DNA of 64,000 nt from Octopus vulgaris (GCA_951406725.2 OX597822.1:82522001-82586000), one strand, 5' to 3'; shown: positions 13,140 through 26,707, counted from the first letter of the stretch. Made by a program: numbers and translations. Notes: generated by a model from the letters alone, not told the origin.

Positions 13140-13395
13140 CTGCTTTTTTCATCATCATCATCATCATCATCGTTTTAATGTCCACTTTTCCAAGCTCACA
13201 CAAGTCAGATGGAATTTTGTGTTGAGGCGAATTTTGTACCGTTGACTGCTTTACCTGTTGCCAGCCCTCACCTGTTTCAAAACGAAGTAATATTTCCTCA
13301 AGGTTGGACATGTTTTTAATGCAGTACACCACTTGTGTGACAGTGACATTCATTTACAGCTGTCATGCAACGTCAAGGAAAGAAGGCAGTAACAC
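13140..13395 (-). mobile_element. Tail of the A-head/C-tail hybrid SINE (compare 27937-28340)
   Basis: (CAT)n TTTTAATGTCCACTTTTCC..CCTCACCTGTTTCAAA..GACAGTGACATTCATTTACAGC. Confidence 0.7.
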
Positions 13396-13529
13396 ACACA
13401 TGCACTCACACACACTCATACATACAGTCACATACATACACACACTCACATACATACACACACACACACCTTCATTCACACACATGCACACTCACATATA
13501 TAGTCACATACATACACACACATACATAT

Positions 13530-14045
13530 CGTTAACACAGCGGGTGAAATAACCTAGCAGTATTTCATCTGCCGTTATGTTCTAAGTTCAAATTCCACTG
13601 AGCTTGACTTTGCCTTTCATCCATTTGGACTTGATTAAATAAGTACCAGTTACACACTGGGGTCAATGTAATCGACCTAATCCCTTTGTCTGTCCTTGTT
13701 TGTTCCCTCTATGTTTAACCCCCTGTGTGCAATAAAGAAATATATATATATATATATTTATAGCACCATCCGAATGTGGCTGATGCCAGTACTCCCCCCC
13801 CACCCCGACTGGCTCCCATGCCTGAGGTACGTAAAAAGCACCATCCAAACATGATCGATGCCAGGCCTGCCTGACTGGCTCCTGCACCGGTGGCATGTAA
13901 AAAGCACTCACTACACTCTCGGAGTGGTTGTCATTAGGAAGGGCATCCAGCTGTAGAAACATTGCCAGATGAGATTGGAGCCTGGTGCAACCTTCCAGCT
14001 TGTCAGTTCTCAGTCAAACCATCCATCCAACCCATGCCAGCGCAA
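13530..14045 (+). mobile_element. SINE B (13530-13740) followed by family C (13755-14045)
   Basis: Core and tail motifs as in the other copies. Confidence 0.85.
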
Positions 14046-14139
14046 AGAGCTTCTTTCAGTTTCTGTCTGCAAAAGCTACTCCTAAGGCTTTTGGTTGGCC
14101 TGGGACTGCAGTAGAAGACATTTGCTTAAATCGTTATCA

Positions 14140-14403
14140 TCATTATTATTATTATTATCATTTATGGTTTCCTTTCATTATAACTTTATTCCAGCTGCCT
14201 TGGCACTGGGCATCCTCTGGAGGCCAAGAGTAGCAAGGGCACTTTTGTTTTGCTATATATGCTAAAATCATCACCACATTTATTCCATTTTAGACAGAGA
14301 GTGCTTTCCTTAATATATGGGCTGAACCCATCAAGGTTATCTTTTGTAGTTCACGGAGATTGCAGTTACTAGGGAATTGCTTAATATACTTCTGAGCTCC
14401 CTT
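14140..14403 (-). mobile_element. 5'-truncated R4/Dong-like non-LTR retrotransposon end in (TAA)n
   Basis: KGAQKYIKQFPSNCNLRELQKITLMGSAHILRKALSV* resembles the C-terminal LQK..L.GTA.ILRK.L motif of R4/Dong-type ORFs; then a short 3' UTR; (TAA)n on both flanks. Confidence 0.75.
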
Positions 14404-15363
14404 TATTATTATTATTATTATCATCATTATTATTATTGTTGTTATTATTGTTGATATTATTATTATACAAGCAAAGTCAGATGTTTCCAACTGGCAGATA
14501 TTCCATCTCCATCGCAAAGTGTTATACATTGAAGTGAGGGCTTCCTCTCTTCCTTATTTAAGATGGCAGTGTTTGGTTTGTGACAGATTTGGCTGCTATT
14601 TCTGGCTGGTCAACTGACTGCATAACGGCTTCATTATATCGACCCATAAAATACAGTTGTTTTGGTTATTGTTGGTGTTATTGTTAGTCTTGTTTTCTCA
14701 TTGCCCCACTTGATGTATGCCCCAGATGCAATTGAAGAGATATCTTAGGCTTCCCTCTTTCCTCCCCCCAACTCCTCTTCACCTCATTATCATATTATCA
14801 ACAAACGATTGAAGTTATTTGCTCCAATTATCAAAACAAAAAAAAAATAAATAAAATTAAACAAAATATTCAACTAAAAAAAAAAAATTAAACAGGCAAG
14901 CATGCTTTCATAACATACACATCCAAACACAAACAAACACGTTCGCATATACACACACACACACTCTGCTCTCTTCAACCTTCACTCTCTCTACCACCAC
15001 CACCACCACTTGAGTATAATATCAGATGAGAAAGAGTGCTCAGAACAACCATAGTATTGAGTTGGTGTGAAGCTCTTCATGTGAGCATCTGTTAGTGTCT
15101 TTTATATAAGCGTGCATAAGTGTTTTCTTATAAGCTTTTGTGTGTGTGTGTGTGTGTGTGTTAGTGTTTGTATAATATAAGTGCTTGTGTGCTAAATGTA
15201 TTTGTGGTCTAAAGCATGCAGTCCTAAAAGTGACCCAAATACTTGGGTCTCAATAGTAATAAAAATCTGATCTGAACTTTTACAGTCTTTTTATTTTGTC
15301 GTTTTTTTTTTTTCTTTGGCTTCATTTGTTGTGTGTTTGTTAAAAAGGAATTATAAATTTCAA

Positions 15364-15485
15364 TACAGTTCTACATTTAAGAGATGAGGAATTATGTACA
15401 TTATTTACATAATTTACATTTGACGGATATTTGTCCTCATCTTATTTGTTGTTAACACAACATTTTGGCTGATATTACCCTCCAG
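15364..15485 (-). mobile_element. Truncated copy of the tRNA/hammerhead element at 48012-48320
   Basis: Reverse complement of about 48208-48320; breaks off inside hammerhead stem II and lacks CUGANGA. Confidence 0.85.
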
Positions 15486-15627
15486 AAAGAGTGAATAACA
15501 GCCAGGACATCCAGCCATAGAAAATCTTCCTCTTTAGATTCTATCTGACCTATGCAAGCACAGAAAAGTGGATGTTAAAATGATGAAGATGAAATATATT
15601 GTATGCACACAGACACACACATATATA

Positions 15628-15844
15628 TTCTTTTATTTATTTTAGCCAGTTGATTGCGGCCATGCTGGAGCACCACCTTAAAGAAATCGACCTCAGAACT
15701 TATTCTTTGTAAGCCTAGTACTTATTCTATTGGTTTCTTGTGCTGAACTGCTAAGTTACAAGGACATAGACACACTAGAACACACCAGCATCAGTTGTCA
15801 AGCAACAGTGGGAGAACAAACACAGACACACACATAAACACATG

Positions 15845-15890
<46 letters not shown>

Positions 15891-16045
15891 CAACGGGCTT
15901 CTTCCAGTTTCCATCTACCAAATCCATTCACAAGACTTTGGTTGGCCAATGGCTATAGTAAAAGACACTTGCCCAAGGTACCACGCAGTGGGACTGAACC
16001 AAGAACCATGTGGTTGGGAAGCAAGCTTCTCACCACACAGCTATG
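15628..16045 (-). mobile_element. SINE family A
   Basis: Full reverse-complement copy. Confidence 0.88.
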
Positions 16046-17659
16046 TCTGTGTATGTGTCTATATAAATATTTTTATAACTACCATAAATCATCTCTCTCA
16101 CCTTCTTTCCCCCCATCCTCTCTCTCTCTCACCAATGCTTAACAGTCAAAACTTGTAATGTTTGCCTGGCTGAGAACACAAACATCATCTCCAAGTGACT
16201 CTATATTTACACACCTTATAATCTTCACATGTGTCTCACACCTGTTATGTGAGGTGAGGTGTGAGGCAGGAAAAAAACACACAAATCTTGAAATCTCTAA
16301 TTAATATTATACACGCCTACAAAAAAGTGTGGGTTGGATACAGAGTGATTTCACTGCAGAAGAGATACACATCACCATCAACATCCTTCACCTCCTTCTC
16401 TTGCTCCACCTCCTCCTCCCTGGTATCACCAATCATCATTCTTTTATATGGGTGGTGCTCAAAGCACTGTTGTGAAATAAACAAATATTTACACTGGTTC
16501 AAATATGCCTGAGGCATATTTGACTGGTAAAAGTGGCATTTTCACAGTGGTTTGCCATTGAAAAAAAATTATTGCTGTTTTTAAAACTTTTACCTAAATC
16601 AAGAGTTTTTTTTCTTTCATAACAAACTGCAGTGAAAATACCTCTTTACAAATCAAATATATCTCAAATATGTCTAAAGTGACCCAAAGTTTGTTAATCA
16701 TGAAGAAACTAAAACAAACAAAAACGAAGTCCCCTGTGATATTTGTTTCACACTGAATTACAGAAACTCCCTTGCCATAACTCTCGATGTCATAGTTTCG
16801 GTGAATCAGCAAATGGCTGATTGGAAAACTGTAGAATAACTGACATTATGCTGGTAGTGATTGGAACAGTGATGATTATGACAATGCTGATGATGATGAT
16901 GATGATGATAGTGGTGGTGATGGTAATGAAGATGAAGTCAATGATGGCAAGGTGGAGTGATGTGGTGGGTGTGGATGCTGATGGTCATGATAATAAATTG
17001 GCAAATGAATATTGGCAAGCCATTCAGAATGTTTCTAAATGAAACCATTTTAATTGATATTCACGACAATTGTTCACAATTACAGGTAGATAATTACTGT
17101 AGCAGCCATATACATATATATTGTCACCTGCAACACACACAATGATATGTCATTAAGAGCGACTCGCCAGTAAGGTGTTGTGCTATATTTACACATCTTC
17201 ACATGGATGGAAACCCAAGGATGCAGCTCATTACAACTTGCTTTGCTGACGTCGACAACAAAGAATGCTTTACAATAAATGACAACTCAGCTTTGTCATT
17301 GTCATCATCAGTCTTTTTTATTCTTTATTATCATTTTACAAGATCTAAGATGCCACAGGCCACTCTGAAATAGTGGTCTCCACCCAAGGGTGGAGATAAT
17401 CAAATCCATTGTCTGGCCAGCTGCTGCAGTATGACACTGATGTTTGAATGTCTTTGCTTGTCCTTATCTGATGGACAACGTTAGTGTTGTACTAAGAGAG
17501 TGATACTTGCCAACTGCAAAAAGCTAGTTTCATTTCATGACTTTGCAAGTAGTTCTGTGGTAAAAGACAACAGCAAAAGGTCCCCATGCTGGCTCAGAGG
17601 TTGCCTGGGTAAACATGGTCTGCGCTGGTTCTTCTCTGCTCCAATAGCCAGTGGAGCAA

Positions 17660-18258
17660 TAAGAGCACCATCTGAGCGTGATCGTTGCCAGGGCCACTGA
17701 CTGGCTCCCATGCCGGTGGCATGTAAAAAGCAACATTTGAGCCTTATCGTTACCAGCATTGCCTTACTGATGACACGTGAAAAACAACATTCGAGTGAGG
17801 TTGTTGCCAGTGCCACTGGACTGGCTCCTGTGCAGGTGGCACATAAAAAACACCATTTGAGTGTGGCTGTTTCCACTACCGCCTTACTAGCCCTCGTGCC
17901 AGTGACATGTAAAAGCACCTACCACACTCTCAGAGTAGTTGGCGTTAGTAAGGGCATCCAGTTGTAGAAACTCTGCCAGATCGGATTGGAGTCTGGTGCA
18001 GCCATATGGCTCGCCAGCCCTCTGTCAAACCATCCAACCTATGCCAGCATGGAAAGCAAACATTAAACGATGATGATGATGATGGTGATGATTTACGATG
18101 GCCTTCTTTCAAATCCACTCACCAAATCCACTCACAATGCTTTGGTTGGCCTGAGGCTATAGTAGAAGATACTTGCCCAAGGTGCCATGCAGTGGAACTG
18201 ACCTGGAACCATGTGGTTGGTTAACAAGCTACTTACCACACAGCCACTCCTGCGCCTA
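17660..18258. mobile_element. Family C (+, 17660-18090) abutting a SINE A head (-, 18098-18258)
   Basis: Family motifs; (GAT)n tail at about 18070. Confidence 0.85.
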
Positions 18259-18964
18259 TATATATAAAGTATTATGTTATACCAAAAACTTTTAGCTACC
18301 ATGACTATCAATTTTAACTCTGTCTGTCTATTTCTATGTCTTATGCTATCTGGAAATATGCTGACCTCTCTTTTATTGTATCTCTGTCTGTCTGTCTATC
18401 AATCCATTTGACCAATTTAAAAAAAAAAAAATTAAAACTAAAATAAAATCTCTCGTCAATTTGATCAATTGATCACATCGATATAAGAGTTTGAGCACAA
18501 TAAATGATCTTTTTTATTCATTCATCTGTCTGCCTGGCTGTCCATCCATTTTGCCTGTATCTCTTCCTGTTGGCTTATAAAGTTATCTCCTCATTGTTTT
18601 TCGTTTACCAATCTATCTCACTAACCAGTTTGTCAATCAATCATTCAATCAACCTATGTGTGTTTGTATCTAAAAATGTGCATGTGTGTGTATGTGTGTT
18701 TGCCGAAATGACCTTGCCTGAATTTAGTATCAGCTTCCTTTCTTGTCAAACAAAATTACTTGTAATTTGCGAAGTAAAATGGCCATATGTTATTGATGTT
18801 CTTGATTTCTTTATTCCTCGTTTCCTTCTCCTTCTTTCTCTATCTTTCTGAGTATCTCTGGCTCTCTCACACATTTTATACAAGTGTGTGTGTGTGTGTA
18901 TTGTGTGTGTGTAAGTGGAGCAGTATAAATCTGCAAAACTTTGCAGCATGTAACTTTGCACCAG

Positions 18965-19290
18965 GTTCCACACAAAAACATTGATGGTGCCACACAAAAA
19001 GCACTGGTGATAGTGCCATGTAAAAAGCACTGGTGATGGCGCCACACAAAAATACTGATGGTGCCACATAAAAAGGCACTGGTGATGGTGCCACATAAAA
19101 AGCACAGGTGATGGTGCCACATAAAAAGCACTGGTGATGGTGCCATATAAAAAGCACTGGTGATGGTGCCACATAAAAAGGCACTGGTGATAGTGCCACA
19201 CAAAAAGCACTAGTGATGGTACCATGTAAAAAGCACTGATGATGGTGTCACATAAAAAGGCACTGGTGCTGTTGCCATGTGAAAAGCACC
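18965..19290 (+). repeat. Minisatellite of about 26-bp units inside a family C element (element runs to about 19460)
   Basis: AAAAGCACTGGTGATGGTGCCACATA, about 12 copies. Confidence 0.92.
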
Positions 19291-19837
19291 AGGAACACTC
19301 CGTAAGGTGGTTGGTGTTAGGAAGGGGATCCAGCTGTAGAAACTAAGCTAGAAACAGACAGTAGAACCTGTTGCTGCTCTTGGCCTTACCAGTCCCTGTC
19401 AAACCATCCAACCCATGCCAGCATGGAAATCGGACATTAAACGATGATGTTGATGTTGTCATCTAAATTCCTCAATGAATCTCTGTTTCTTCATTAAAAA
19501 CCAGCTCCTTTATAGAAAGAATTAAAATAATTAATTAAAAAAGACAGAGAGGGAGGAAGAAACAAAGAAAGAAAAGGGGTGAGATTTGAGTTTTCCTTCA
19601 TACTTACATCAAAGCGTAGCAATATTCTTAATTTGTTTTTCTAATGAAGGGCTCCAAATAAAATGTTAGAATTCACTTCTAACAAATTTGCTAATTATTT
19701 TGCCAGACTTGTTGCTTTCTGTTGATGCAAGCAAACCTTAATGAATTCCTTTCAAGAGATATTGGTGTCTATCTTCACCATTGTAACACTTCATTCAACT
19801 TCCCTCAAACAAATTTGTACAAGCAGTTACACACACA

Positions 19838-19842
<5 letters not shown>

Positions 19843-19906
<64 letters not shown>

Positions 19907-20235
19907 CTCTATCTTTCTCTATCTCTATCTCTATATCTCTATCTCTGTCTTTGTATCTATCTACCTATTTATCCATCTCTCTCTCCCCCCTCTCTCTCTC
20001 TATCTATCTCTATCTTTCTCTATCTCTATCTCTATATCTCTATCTCTGTCGTTGTATCTATCTACCTATTTATCCATCTCCCCCCCTCTCTCTCTATCTA
20101 TCTATCTCTATCTTTCTCTATCTCTATATCTCTATCTCTGTCTTTGTATCTATCTACCTATTTATCCATCTCTCTCTCTCTCTCCCCCCTCTCTCTCTAT
20201 CTATCTATCTATCTCTGTCTCTCTCTATCTCTCAC
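19843..20235. repeat. (CT)n/(CTAT)n tract with a higher-order repeat
   Basis: GTATCTATCTACCTATTTATCCATCTC recurs 3 times, roughly 90-100 bp apart. Confidence 0.85.
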
Positions 20236-20625
20236 ATGCACTCACTGATATACTAACTCTCATTCTGATATACATTAGTAAAGATGTAATACTGATGCAC
20301 ACACACACACACACAAACAAACACACACACAGAGTTAATGATTCCCATCCCAGTACAAACTCAAACAGACACTCCCACACACACAAACACATATTCTTTT
20401 ACACAGTCCACATATTCACTTCCATACACACATACAACAATGTGTACTTACTTTTACGTACCAGATAAACAATAACACACACACACACACACACGCATAA
20501 ACAAATATACAGCTTTAACACAAACATACACCTACATTAACTCATACACACTCTCTTTCACACATACAGACACACACATACAAATGCTCTTCCGCTACAT
20601 ATGCACAAAAGACACACACCACCCT

Positions 20626-20656
<31 letters not shown>

Positions 20657-21159
20657 TGGAATCATCTTAAGATCCTACTGTGTACATTTAATGATCCAAT
20701 TCTATATTAAGCAGACAGAACTACAATTATCTCCAATTCTGTTGAAACTAAACTATTTCTGGGTATAAAAATCCATCAGATTGCAGAAATATTTCTTGTT
20801 TTGTTTATTGTGCATTTTCAGTTCTCACTGTTTCTTGAAGTCTGCCAACTTGCAGAAACTAATAAACGAAGCACTAGAAATTGATTAATCTTGACCATTG
20901 TAGATGATACAGGCTTCACTGTATTGAATGTCGATGAGAATATAGCTTTCTACTTAAAAGGAACAAACAGACCAGATGTGAGATGCTACCCATCAAGAAG
21001 AATAGCAATTTCAAATAAAATCTTATACATGAGACAGGGTATTATTTAGTCCTTCTGCAAGTAACTGCTTAGATATTGGACCAGACCTTTCCGTAAGGTG
21101 GTTGAAGATAGGAAGGGTTTCCAGTTGCAAAACCCAAGTTGAAAAAAAAAAAAAAACCA

Positions 21160-21800
21160 GTCATCATCATCATCATCATCGTTTAACGTCCGTTTTCCGT
21201 GCTAGCATGGGTTTGACGGTTCAACCGGGGTCTGGGAAGCCAGGAGCTGCACCAGGCTCCAGTTTGATCTGGCAGTGTTTCTACAGCTGGATGCCCTTCC
21301 TAACACCAACCACTCCACGAGTGTAGTATTATATATAATTACAAAAGCTGGAATTCTGGTTGGTGTGTGGTGACAAAGTCCTACAATAAGTATTGAGACT
21401 GTGTGTTTGTCCAACCATATTTGTATGGAAAAAAAAAGGACCTAAATTGATGTTAATGATCCATGTGGAAAACATCTTTTGAGTGTTGGGCCTCATGGAG
21501 GCAACGATGAATGACTGAGACCTTTGGTATTATATCGTGCTTGAGAAGAAAACCCATCAAGCCGAGTAAAATTGCAGTTGTGGCAGATACTGGTGTCATG
21601 CAAATGGCACCCATGCCGGTGGCACATAAAAGCACCCATTACGCTCTCAGAGTGGTTAGCATTCAGAAAAGCATCCAGGCACAGAAACCATACCAAATCT
21701 GACTGAAGTTTGGTGCAGCCTTCCAGCTTGTCAGCCCTGGTCAAACCGTCCAACATGGACAACGGACGTTAAATGATAATGATAATGATGATGATGATAT
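21160..21800. mobile_element. Two family C copies in opposite orientation (- 21160-21327, + about 21455-21800)
   Basis: (CAT)n-led copy followed by a (GAT)n-tailed copy. Confidence 0.85.
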
Positions 21801-21995
21801 TGATTGATTGATTGATTCTAGTTTCAGCTTATGAGCTGTGGCCATGCTGGGGCACGTATATCTATTTGCATTTAAGTATTTGGTAGAACGGAATAAGCAG
21901 AACAATGAGATAAGGAGTCGCTGAAGAGGTCACAGGATGTGTGACAAAAGAGCTTCAACAAAGAAACTTAAATAATAATAATAATAATAATAATA

Positions 21996-22033
<38 letters not shown>

Positions 22034-22108
22034 GCTGAAGTGAAGATCAAATATATAGTGTGTGTGTTTAATTGGCAAAATATGACCATCCCCAAGTATA
22101 ACAATGTG

Positions 22109-22153
<45 letters not shown>

Positions 22154-22167
22154 GTATATTTGTGTGT

Positions 22168-22326
22168 GCAGGAGTGGCTGTGCGGTAAGAAGCTTGCTTC
22201 CCAACCACATGGTTCCGGTTTCAATCCCACTGTGTGGCACTTTGGGCAAGTGTCTTCTACTATAGCCTTGGGCTGACCAAAGCCTTGTGAGTGTATTTGG
22301 TAGATGGAAACTGAAAGAAGCCTGTC

Positions 22327-22368
<42 letters not shown>

Positions 22369-22573
22369 GTGTCTGTGCTTGTCTCCCCACCATCGCTCAA
22401 CAACTGATGTTGGTGTATTTATGTCCCTGTTACTTGGCGGTTCAGCAAAAGAGACCGATTGAATAGGTACTAGGCTTACAAAGAATAAGCCCTGTGGTCG
22501 ATTTGTTCGACTAAAGGCAGTGCTCCAGCATGGCCACTGTCAAATGACTGAAACAAGTAAAAGAATAAAAGAA
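22168..22573 (+). mobile_element. SINE family A, full-length
   Basis: GCAGGAGTGGCTGTGCGGTAAGAAGC..GTTTCAATCCC..tail GAAACAAGTAAAAGAATAAAAG. Confidence 0.92.
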
Positions 22574-24004
22574 CACACATACACACATATATATATATTG
22601 CAATCTTGTTATTAGTTCCTTTGACCTGATGATCTATTTCATCCAATTTAAGGAACCAACCACAGATTAGCAGGCCACAAGGTCAGCCTAACAATTGCAC
22701 TCTACTGTGGCAGAGTAATTTTGTACCCATTCAATTCCACTCATAAACTTCTGATGAATCCAAGACTATACTTAATGTGTAATGGGATTGAACCTGGAAC
22801 CATATCATTTATAGTTACAAAACGAAGCTCTTAACCCCACAACTAGGCCTACATCATTGTATGTATTCATAATCTGTGCAGCCTAAATTAGTATATTATC
22901 ATATTCTTTTCATGATTGCTGCCAGAGAGATTCATTGCAAAAGTAGAGTAAAATGTATTCCATTATGATAGAATGAACAAACAAAAGATTGACAGAATGA
23001 AGGCATAATAGAATAATAGAATGATGGAATAATAGAATAAAAGCATTATTTTTCTTTTGTTTGTTCTTTTGTTTTGCAGTTTACTCCTTTTTTTTTCCTT
23101 TTCTTTTCCTACCTTCTATTTATATTTTTTCCTTTGGGTGATGGAACAGAAGGGTTCTTTAGATTTAAACTTTAAATAAATCCATAGCAAACACTTAGCT
23201 ATGCACATATTTACATTCATATATATGTGTATGTGTATACATACATACAAAGGTGTGTGTATGTGTGTGTATATATGTGTTTGTGTATATATATGTATAT
23301 GTGTATATATGTGTGTGTGTGGGTGGGTAGGTGGGTGTGGATATATATGAGAATGCTTAACTGTTATCTGAGTCTCTAGAATATGGATCTCTGATAAATA
23401 TAACAATATAGAAATTGTCATTCACAGAGCAGAAACAGTTGTTTAGCCAGATTAAAGTTGATAATTCCATTAACAGTATTATGCGAATGGGTAGACTGAT
23501 ATACGGCAGATAAGATGGGGGACAAGGATAAATAAACGCAACACACACAGACAATGTCCCTATGTATGGGTGGGTTTGTTTAACAAGAGGGACCCCACAC
23601 ATTCACAATGGTTTTAGCTGTTGGACTGTGGCCTTTAAAGCTGTTGTAGTCAATTGTATCAATGTCAATCTCTATCAGTTATATTGCTCTAGGTTTGAAG
23701 GGACATAACTTTATGGAATGGGAATACCACAAGGTACTTTTTTTGTCCAATCCCATCATGCTTTTATATACATTTACTAAATCCATGCACAAGGTTTTGG
23801 TCAGCCCCAGGCTGTAGTTGAAGACTTGCCCAAGGTATCATACAATGAGACTGAATCCGAAACCATATAGCAGAAAAAACAATCTTCTGAAGCGTACAGC
23901 CACATCTGCATCTATATGTATGTGTGTGTGTAATCAACATCATCATCCTTTAACGTCCATTTTTCATGCTGCCATAGATTGGACAAAAAATATGGAATAG
24001 AAAG

Positions 24005-24224
24005 CTACTACATTTGTGTTCTTTTATCGCGTGTGTACCGTTGGCGATTTTTTTTTCCTCCGTCTTCCCTTTGGATCTTTCCTTTTCCTATGTTTCCGAC
24101 GAAGAGCTCCGCTCGAAACGTTAAACCCTCCTTCTTTCCTCCTTTCCTGAGCATCTAATAATACTATATTTGTTCCACGTCCTTGCGTTGTTGTGTTTTT
24201 TTGTGTTTTCTTGTTTGGATTAAC
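24005..24224 (+). mobile_element. Penelope-like pLTR fragment ending in (TA)n
   Basis: Contains a minimal hammerhead motif; CpG-rich relative to its flanks; related tails at 6908 and about 40975. Confidence 0.7.
24092..24126 (+). ncRNA. Minimal type I hammerhead ribozyme motif with one core substitution
   Basis: GTTT-CCGACGA-A-GAGC tcc GCTC-GAAAC-GTT-AAAC: stem I GUUU/AAAC, stem II GAGC/GCUC, palindromic minimal stem III; core reads CCGACGA instead of CUGANGA. Confidence 0.7.
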
Positions 24225-24258
<34 letters not shown>

Positions 24259-24969
24259 TAAACATGGGTATTTTACCTTAATTTGTAATTGATTATGTGG
24301 CCTGATAGCTGACTCTGTAAGTAGAGCTTACTGTGACAACTACACAACTTTTAATCCCTATCTTATACAATTCATATATATATATATATACACAAACACA
24401 CATACATCTATATGTATACAATTTGCATGTTATTATCTACATGGATACTGCAAGAATAAAGTAGTTATATATTACATATACATTGCTATCAATAATAAAT
24501 AATATCATTCATCTCTCTCTCTCTCTTTCGAAACACCATCATGGCCACTTCACTGATATCATACGCAGGAAGAGGTTGGCGATATTTTCATATATTTCAC
24601 CGATAATGACTGTGTTTTTTTTTTTTTTCACATGAAGAACACAAGAGATAGTCAATGAGATATTATAATTTTCAGCCTTTCGTGGTTTGGTTTATAGCTG
24701 AAATTTTCATGGATGAATTATTGGTTATTGCATCATAACCGATTTGTGCCTGTGCTGCACAAAAAGACATCGCCGCCGCCACCACCACCACTACCACCAC
24801 AGCACATAAAGACGACAGCGCTACCATATACACATGTATATGTTCTTTCTGTTGTACAGGCACTTAACTTGCATTGATATATGCATATTGATAGTTGTTG
24901 ATTTTGTTTCTGTACATATTTATATTACTGAAATACAGAGATGTATGCATGTATGTCTGTTTGTACGTA

Positions 24970-25008
<39 letters not shown>

Positions 25009-25011
25009 TAT

Positions 25012-25360
25012 AGGCGCAGGAGTGGCTGTGTGGTAAGAAGCTTGCTTACCAACCACATGGTTCCTGGTTCAGTTCCACTGTGTGGCACCTTGTGAGTGGA
25101 TTTGGTAGACGGAAACTGAAAGAAACCCGTTGAGTATATATGTGTGTGTGTGTATGTTTGTATGTCTGTGTTTGTCCCCCTCCCTATCGCTTGACAACCG
25201 ATGTTGGTGTGTTCATGTCCCCGTAACTTAGCAGTTTGGCGAAAGAGATCGATAGAATAAGTACCAGGCTTACAAAGAATAAGTCCTGGGGTCAGTTTGT
25301 TTGGCTAAAGGCAGTGCTCCAGCATTACTGCAGTCAAATGACTGGAAATGAAAGAGAAAA
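25012..25360 (+). mobile_element. SINE family A with an internal deletion
   Basis: GGCGCAGGAGTGGCTGTGTGG head; the body jumps from CACCTTG to TGAGTGG. Confidence 0.9.
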
Positions 25361-26344
25361 AAATATATATATACACATATACATATGTATGTTTACATAT
25401 GTCATCATTTGACAACTGTTTTCCATGCTGGCATGGGTTGGACAGTTTGACAGAATCTGGCAAATCACAGCACTGTACAAGACTCCAATGTCAGCTTTCT
25501 ATGGCTGGATGCCCTTCTTGATGTCAACCACTTTACAGTGTGCACTGGGGGCTTTTTTTGTCTTTCATGCCAACCGTATTAGTGAGGTTGTCAAGGAATT
25601 CACAAGACAAGTACAGAAAACAATAAATCCCTCTTGGCTAAGTGGGAGCTGGGAGTAATTGAGAGGGGAAGGGGGTTTATGCCAGGTGTTAGGAGTACGA
25701 AAGAGGGACAAACATAGGTGCCCTGCTATAGAGAAGGTACACGGCTTCCTCACATTTATATAAGGATGGGTGGGCATGGCTAGGAAGAAGATAGTGACGG
25801 GATGCCAGAGCCTTAAGATACAAGAAAATGAGTATAAAAAAGGATATATAGACAGAATACCGGGGTGGGGGACAGGGGTTATTTATATACATACACATAT
25901 ATATATAAATACACACACACACACACATGTATATATGTTTTCAAGCAAATTCTCTCACACAGTTTTGGATACATTCAGCAGCTGCCTTGGTGGTCCCTGG
26001 GTGTAAGGGATCAATTGTTAATTTATGTATTTATGTGGTTGTGTATGTAGAAGTCTGTGAGCATTGCTTTACTCCAGAACCTACCAGACTGTTCAGATAT
26101 TCCTGCTTACACCTAATGCACAAATATACAAGCAAAAACACTCGCACAGAGATTCATAAACGCTGTTATGTATGCACATTAAAAACATCAATGTTTCATC
26201 TTGTGCATGCATTGTTGACATTTCGGTATTGAATTTGCCATTAATGTTTAAAATTTGGCTGGAATATGATCAGTGCTTGCGTGTGTCTTTGTGTGTGCAT
26301 GCATACGTGTGTGTGTGTGTGTGTGTGTGTGCATGCATGTGTTT

Positions 26345-26707
26345 GTGTGAGAGAGAGAGACAGACAGACAGATAGAGATAGAGAGGTGGGGGATGGAGTA
26401 AAAGAGTATGTGTGAGAGAGAGAGAGAGAGAGGAGGGGGATGGAGTAAAAGAGTGTGTGTGAGAGAGAGAAAGACAGAGATAGAGAGGTGGGGGATGGAG
26501 TAAAAGAGTCTGTGTGTGTGTGAGAGAGAGAGAGAGAGATAGAGAGGAGGGGGATGGAGTGTGAGAGAGAGAGAGAGAGAGAGAGAGACAAACAGACAGA
26601 CAGATAGAGATAGGGGTATGGAGTAAAAGAGTGTGTGAGAGAAAGAGACAGACAGCCCAACAGAGATAGAGAGGTGGGGGATAGAGTAAAAGAGTCTGTG
26701 TGTGCGT

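Noticed and set aside
18965-19290. Regular short repeats as a CRISPR-like array
   Set aside because: Head-to-tail units with no unique spacers, inside a eukaryotic SINE-like element.
19722-20468. Longest ORFs in the track (also 30123-30788, 41613-42221, 48937-49391, 50520-51293)
   Set aside because: Translations of stop-free microsatellites.
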